Part shown: one piece after another, positions 39,341-42,480 of the stretch | Position numbering within the stretch: position 1 is the stretch's first letter | How the letters are laid out: each line of letters opens with the position of its first letter | NCBI GenBank assembly: GCA_003223165.1 | Contig: QHXZ01000086.1 | Coordinates: 16,399-58,878 of the forward strand | Source of the DNA: Acidobacteriota bacterium | Lineage (GTDB): Bacteria; Acidobacteriota; Polarisedimenticolia; Gp22-AA2 | DNA length: 42,480 nucleotides | Reading direction: 5' to 3' | Translations under genes and position numbers: made by a program | The notes under the pieces: generated by a model | Seen by the model: only the letters and a program-made list of their open reading frames with translations | Told to the model about the DNA's origin: nothing | Databases searched by the model: none

Positions 39341-40318
39341 TCAGAGGGCGGTGCGCGGGGACTCGGCGGCGTCGAGCGTGCCGATTTCGGCAGGCGCCGC
39401 CTCCAGGGAGCGCTCGAGCGATCGGCACACGAGGCCGGCCACGACGCGCTGGCGGGCCTCGTTGAGGAAGGTCAGGAGGGCGGGGACGCCGAGCACGGCC
39501 CCAGGCAGGAGCGCGGCGGCCGCGAGGTAGTTGACCGGGTTCATGCCGGCGCGTTCTGAGGGCAGGCGCATCTCGGCGTAGTAGCGTCCGATCGCCCGAT
39601 AGACCTGCGACAGCAAGGAGGGGAACCCGATCGGCCGCGTGTGGTAGGAGCAGTCGCCGCGCGCCACGCTGGCCAGCCAGGCCTGGGGTGTCGCGCCCGG
39701 GGCCTCGGAGAACGACGAGCCGGCGTGATCGGGCACGTGCGCGTCGCTCCCGCCCACCGCCGCCTTCTTCAGCCCGAGCGAGCGGGCATAGGCCAGCATC
39801 GCCTCCGTGGCCGCGGCGTGCGCCGGGGCGAGGGTGCTGTTGCCGGCCTCGAAGTGATCGAAGAGCGCCAGGATCGCTTCGACGTAGGCCTGAAGTGGAG
39901 TTTGGAAGCGGAAGCTGAGGAACGGGTGGTTGAGGACGTGGAGCAGCCCCCGCGACCGGAGGTACCCCACCAGCTCGTGCACGTTCGGCCGCAGGCGCTG
40001 CACCTCGCGGTGCGCCTCCTCGTCGAGGCCGAAGACGTTGACGTGCACCCATTGGCGCGTCTCCGGGAAGCGGGTCTCGACCTCCTCTCCGACGATCAGC
40101 CGCCCGGCGGCATCGGGCCGCGCCTCGAGCAGCCGCAACGCGCCCTCGATCGACTCGTGGTCGGTGATGGCGACGAAGTCCATGCCGGCGGCGCGCGCGC
40201 GCTCGAAGACCTCGACGGGATCCGAGTAGGAATCGCGCGCCCTCAAGACGCGCAGGTGCTTCCAGGCCGAGTAGCGCGTGTGCAGGTGCAGGTCGCAGCG
40301 CTGGGTCGTCTTGCTCAC
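39341..40318 (-). CDS. PHP-domain phosphoesterase-like protein
   Basis: DLHLHT..S, ITDH, GEE, NHP and GGSDAH motifs. Confidence 0.9.
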   Translation of the reverse strand: MSKTTQRCDLHLHTRYSAWKHLRVLRARDSYSDPVEVFERARAAGMDFVAITDHESIEGALRLLEARPDAAGRLIVGEEVETRFPETRQWVHVNVFGLDEEAHREVQRLRPNVHELVGYLRSRGLLHVLNHPFLSFRFQTPLQAYVEAILALFDHFEAGNSTLAPAHAAATEAMLAYARSLGLKKAAVGGSDAHVPDHAGSSFSEAPGATPQAWLASVARGDCSYHTRPIGFPSLLSQVYRAIGRYYAEMRLPSERAGMNPVNYLAAAALLPGAVLGVPALLTFLNEARQRVVAGLVCRSLERSLEAAPAEIGTLDAAESPRTAL

Positions 40319-40425
40319 GGCCGGTATCCTCCGCCAAGGCCGGCGGATGATACCACTCGGCCGGAGTTGCGGGCCTTCAGTTCACCGACCCCGCGCCAAT
40401 ATAATTCCCCTTATAATGCCGGGCC

Positions 40426-41970
40426 ATGTCCGGCCCGGGCACCAAGGCCCTCTACGAACATCTGATCGGCGTCCTCGCTTCCTCCCCGCGGCGCCCCGTG
40501 GCGCGGCTGCTGCCGGGGGGAGGGGCGCTCGATGTCGACTCGTTCGAGCGCCGGGTGGTCGGCGCGGAGCGCCGTCTGGTGCGGCTGGGGGGCGGGCCGG
40601 GGCGGCCCGCCGTGGCGCGGCCGGGCGCGGGCGACCTGGTCCTGCTGTCGGCGCGCAACCGCGATTCCTACCTCGTCGCCCTCGCGACCCTGTGGAAGCG
40701 AGGCCTCGTGCCCCTCCTGGCCGACGCCGACCTGTCGCGCGTGGAAATCGCCGATCTCGTGGCCACCTTCCGTCCCGCCGCCTGCCTGCTCGACCGGCGG
40801 GCCTTCCCGAACGGTGGATCGCCGGAGGACTTGGGAGAGGCCCTGCCGGGGCTGCACGCCTGGGTGCCGGGACCGCGCCCGGGCCGGCGCGCCGAGCCAT
40901 CGCCCTCCTCGGCGACGCTGGCCCGCGCCGCGATCGTCCGGCTGACGTCGGGCTCCACCGGACGGCCGCGCGGCGTCGCGGTGACGTCCGAGCAGCTGAT
41001 CGCCGACTCGCGGAATATCTGCGCCACGATGGGCCTCCAGCCGGGCGACACCCTGGTGGGAGCGATCCCCCTGGGGCACGCCTATGGCTTCGTGCACATC
41101 CTGATGGCGCTCGCCCTGCTGGGGTCACGGGTCGTCCTCCTCGAGCAACCGCTGCCGGCCCTGCTGTCCGAGGCGCTGTCGGGCCCGGGGCCGCTGGTGC
41201 TTCCGGGAACGCCGTACCTGTTCGACCTCCTGTTGCAGGCGGCGGGACGCCGTCGCTTCAAGGGCCTGCGCCTCTGCCTGTCGGCCGGCGCGCCGCTGCC
41301 GGAGAGGCTGTCGCGCGCTTTCAAGGAGCGCTTCGGCCTGCCGATACGAACGTTTTACGGCGCGAGCGAGTGCGGCGGGATCTGCTACGACCGTTCGCGC
41401 GACGGGATCCTCCCCGACGGCTGCGTCGGCACGCCGCTCGAGGGGGTCCAGGTCGGCGTGCGCCCCGAGCGCGGTCTCGAGGAGGGCGCGGGCCGCATCG
41501 TGGTGACCAGCCAGGCGGTCGCGCTCGGCTGCTTCCCGGAGGCGCCGGCGGGGGGCGATCCGGGGGACGGCGTTTTCGTGACCTCCGACCTCGGCCGGAT
41601 CGACGGCGACGGGCGCGTGCACCTCGCCGGCCGCATCGATCGCCTGATCAACGTCGGAGGGCGCAAGGTCAACCCGGCGGAGGTGGAAGCCGCGATCCGG
41701 CGCCTGCCGGGAGTGCAGGGCGTCGCGGTCTTCGGCGTGCCCGACAGGCACCGCGGCCAGGCGGTCTGCGCCTGCGTGGTCGCGACGAAGGGACTCACCC
41801 GGGAGGCTCTCCTGGCGGCCTGCCGCCAGCGCCTGGCTCCCTTCAAGATCCCGCGCCGGGTCGAGTTTGCCGGCCGCCTGCCGCTCACCGCGCGCGGCAA
41901 GACCGACCGGCGGGCCCTGGCCGCGCTGGTCAGCCCGCGCGCGGCGACGACGGCGAGCCGCCCGGCGTGA
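40426..41970 (+). CDS. Class I adenylate-forming enzyme (acyl-CoA/acyl-ACP ligase)
   Basis: TSGSTGRPRG, HAYG, SAGAPL, FYGASE, TSDLG, GRIDRLINVGGRKV and LPLTARGK motifs. TATAAT 8 nt upstream of the ATG. Confidence 0.93.
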   Translation: MSGPGTKALYEHLIGVLASSPRRPVARLLPGGGALDVDSFERRVVGAERRLVRLGGGPGRPAVARPGAGDLVLLSARNRDSYLVALATLWKRGLVPLLADADLSRVEIADLVATFRPAACLLDRRAFPNGGSPEDLGEALPGLHAWVPGPRPGRRAEPSPSSATLARAAIVRLTSGSTGRPRGVAVTSEQLIADSRNICATMGLQPGDTLVGAIPLGHAYGFVHILMALALLGSRVVLLEQPLPALLSEALSGPGPLVLPGTPYLFDLLLQAAGRRRFKGLRLCLSAGAPLPERLSRAFKERFGLPIRTFYGASECGGICYDRSRDGILPDGCVGTPLEGVQVGVRPERGLEEGAGRIVVTSQAVALGCFPEAPAGGDPGDGVFVTSDLGRIDGDGRVHLAGRIDRLINVGGRKVNPAEVEAAIRRLPGVQGVAVFGVPDRHRGQAVCACVVATKGLTREALLAACRQRLAPFKIPRRVEFAGRLPLTARGKTDRRALAALVSPRAATTASRPA

Positions 41971-42480
41971 CCTCCCAGACATCGTAGAAGTTGAACCACT
42001 GGGTCGGGTAGAGGCGCACCACGCGCTCGACGCGGCGCGCGAAGTCCATGAGCGCCGCGTCGATCGCCTCGGCGCCGGGGCCGACGGCCAGCGGTCCGTC
42101 GAGGTGCATGAGGTAGCGCGAGTGTCCCCGGATCGGCACGCAGACGAGAAGGAGCGGCGCGCCGCTCGCCTGCGCCAGGGCGAACGGCCCGGACGGCAGG
42201 TCGACCGGGGCGCCGAAGAGGGGGAGGCGCCGCGACTCCGCGCCGAACGACCGGTCCCCCTGCATGGTCACGATCTCCCCCCGACGCAGCGCCAAGAGCA
42301 GCTCGAGCCCGTTCCAGGCTGAGCCGCCCGCGGCCACCGTGCGCACGCACGGGTGGGCGCGCGCCCGGCGCGCGAGGGGCGCCGCATCGTGCTCCTCGGG
42401 CAGCAGGACGACGCTCACCGGCCGTCCGAGCAGGGACAGGCAGGCCAGGCCGACCTCCCAGCTTCCGAGGTGCAGCGTGA
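41930..42480 (-). CDS. LpxL/HtrB-like (lipid A / lysophospholipid) acyltransferase, 5'-truncated by the window edge
   Basis: TLHLGSWE motif read at 42478-42455, plus MQGDR, LFGAP..LPSGPFALA and YPTQWFNFYDVW. Confidence 0.88.
   Translation of the reverse strand, partial: TLHLGSWEVGLACLSLLGRPVSVVLLPEEHDAAPLARRARAHPCVRTVAAGGSAWNGLELLLALRRGEIVTMQGDRSFGAESRRLPLFGAPVDLPSGPFALAQASGAPLLLVCVPIRGHSRYLMHLDGPLAVGPGAEAIDAALMDFARRVERVVRLYPTQWFNFYDVWEVTPGGSPSSPRAG

Overview
Very GC-rich bacterial chromosome segment with about 37 genes. The gene content is compatible with an uncultured Acidobacteriota-like genome, but that is inference. I found no rRNA, tRNA, CRISPR array or transposase. From left to right: (1) an alternative sigma70 factor divergent from an XRE-HTH / TPR protein / exported protein operon, with two face-to-face sigma70-type promoters in the spacer; (2) rhomboid protease, HNH nuclease, ddl, hflX, M14 peptidase, TlpA redoxin and trxA; (3) an rpiB-pgi-fbp-fbaB-asparaginase II run containing a CTAG-bounded 58-bp palindrome; (4) a FAD/4Fe-4S membrane oxidoreductase, M20 and M16 peptidases, D-aminoacylase and an APC permease; (5) GNAT, flavin amine oxidase, Zn-ADH, sirtuin, larC, a hypothetical gene, metG and tatD; (6) part of a type II PKS/FAS-like lipid cluster (KS, catalytically dead CLF-like KS, FabZ-like protein, ACP, acyl-AMP ligase, LpxL-like acyltransferase, radical-SAM remnant) with an ArsC-type arsenate reductase coupled between KS and CLF. 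At least six genes lack internal conserved segments at clean junctions. This is most likely collapsed assembly gaps and should be checked against reads. The best candidates for a new system are the ArsC-containing KS/CLF cluster and the sigma/XRE/TPR switch.
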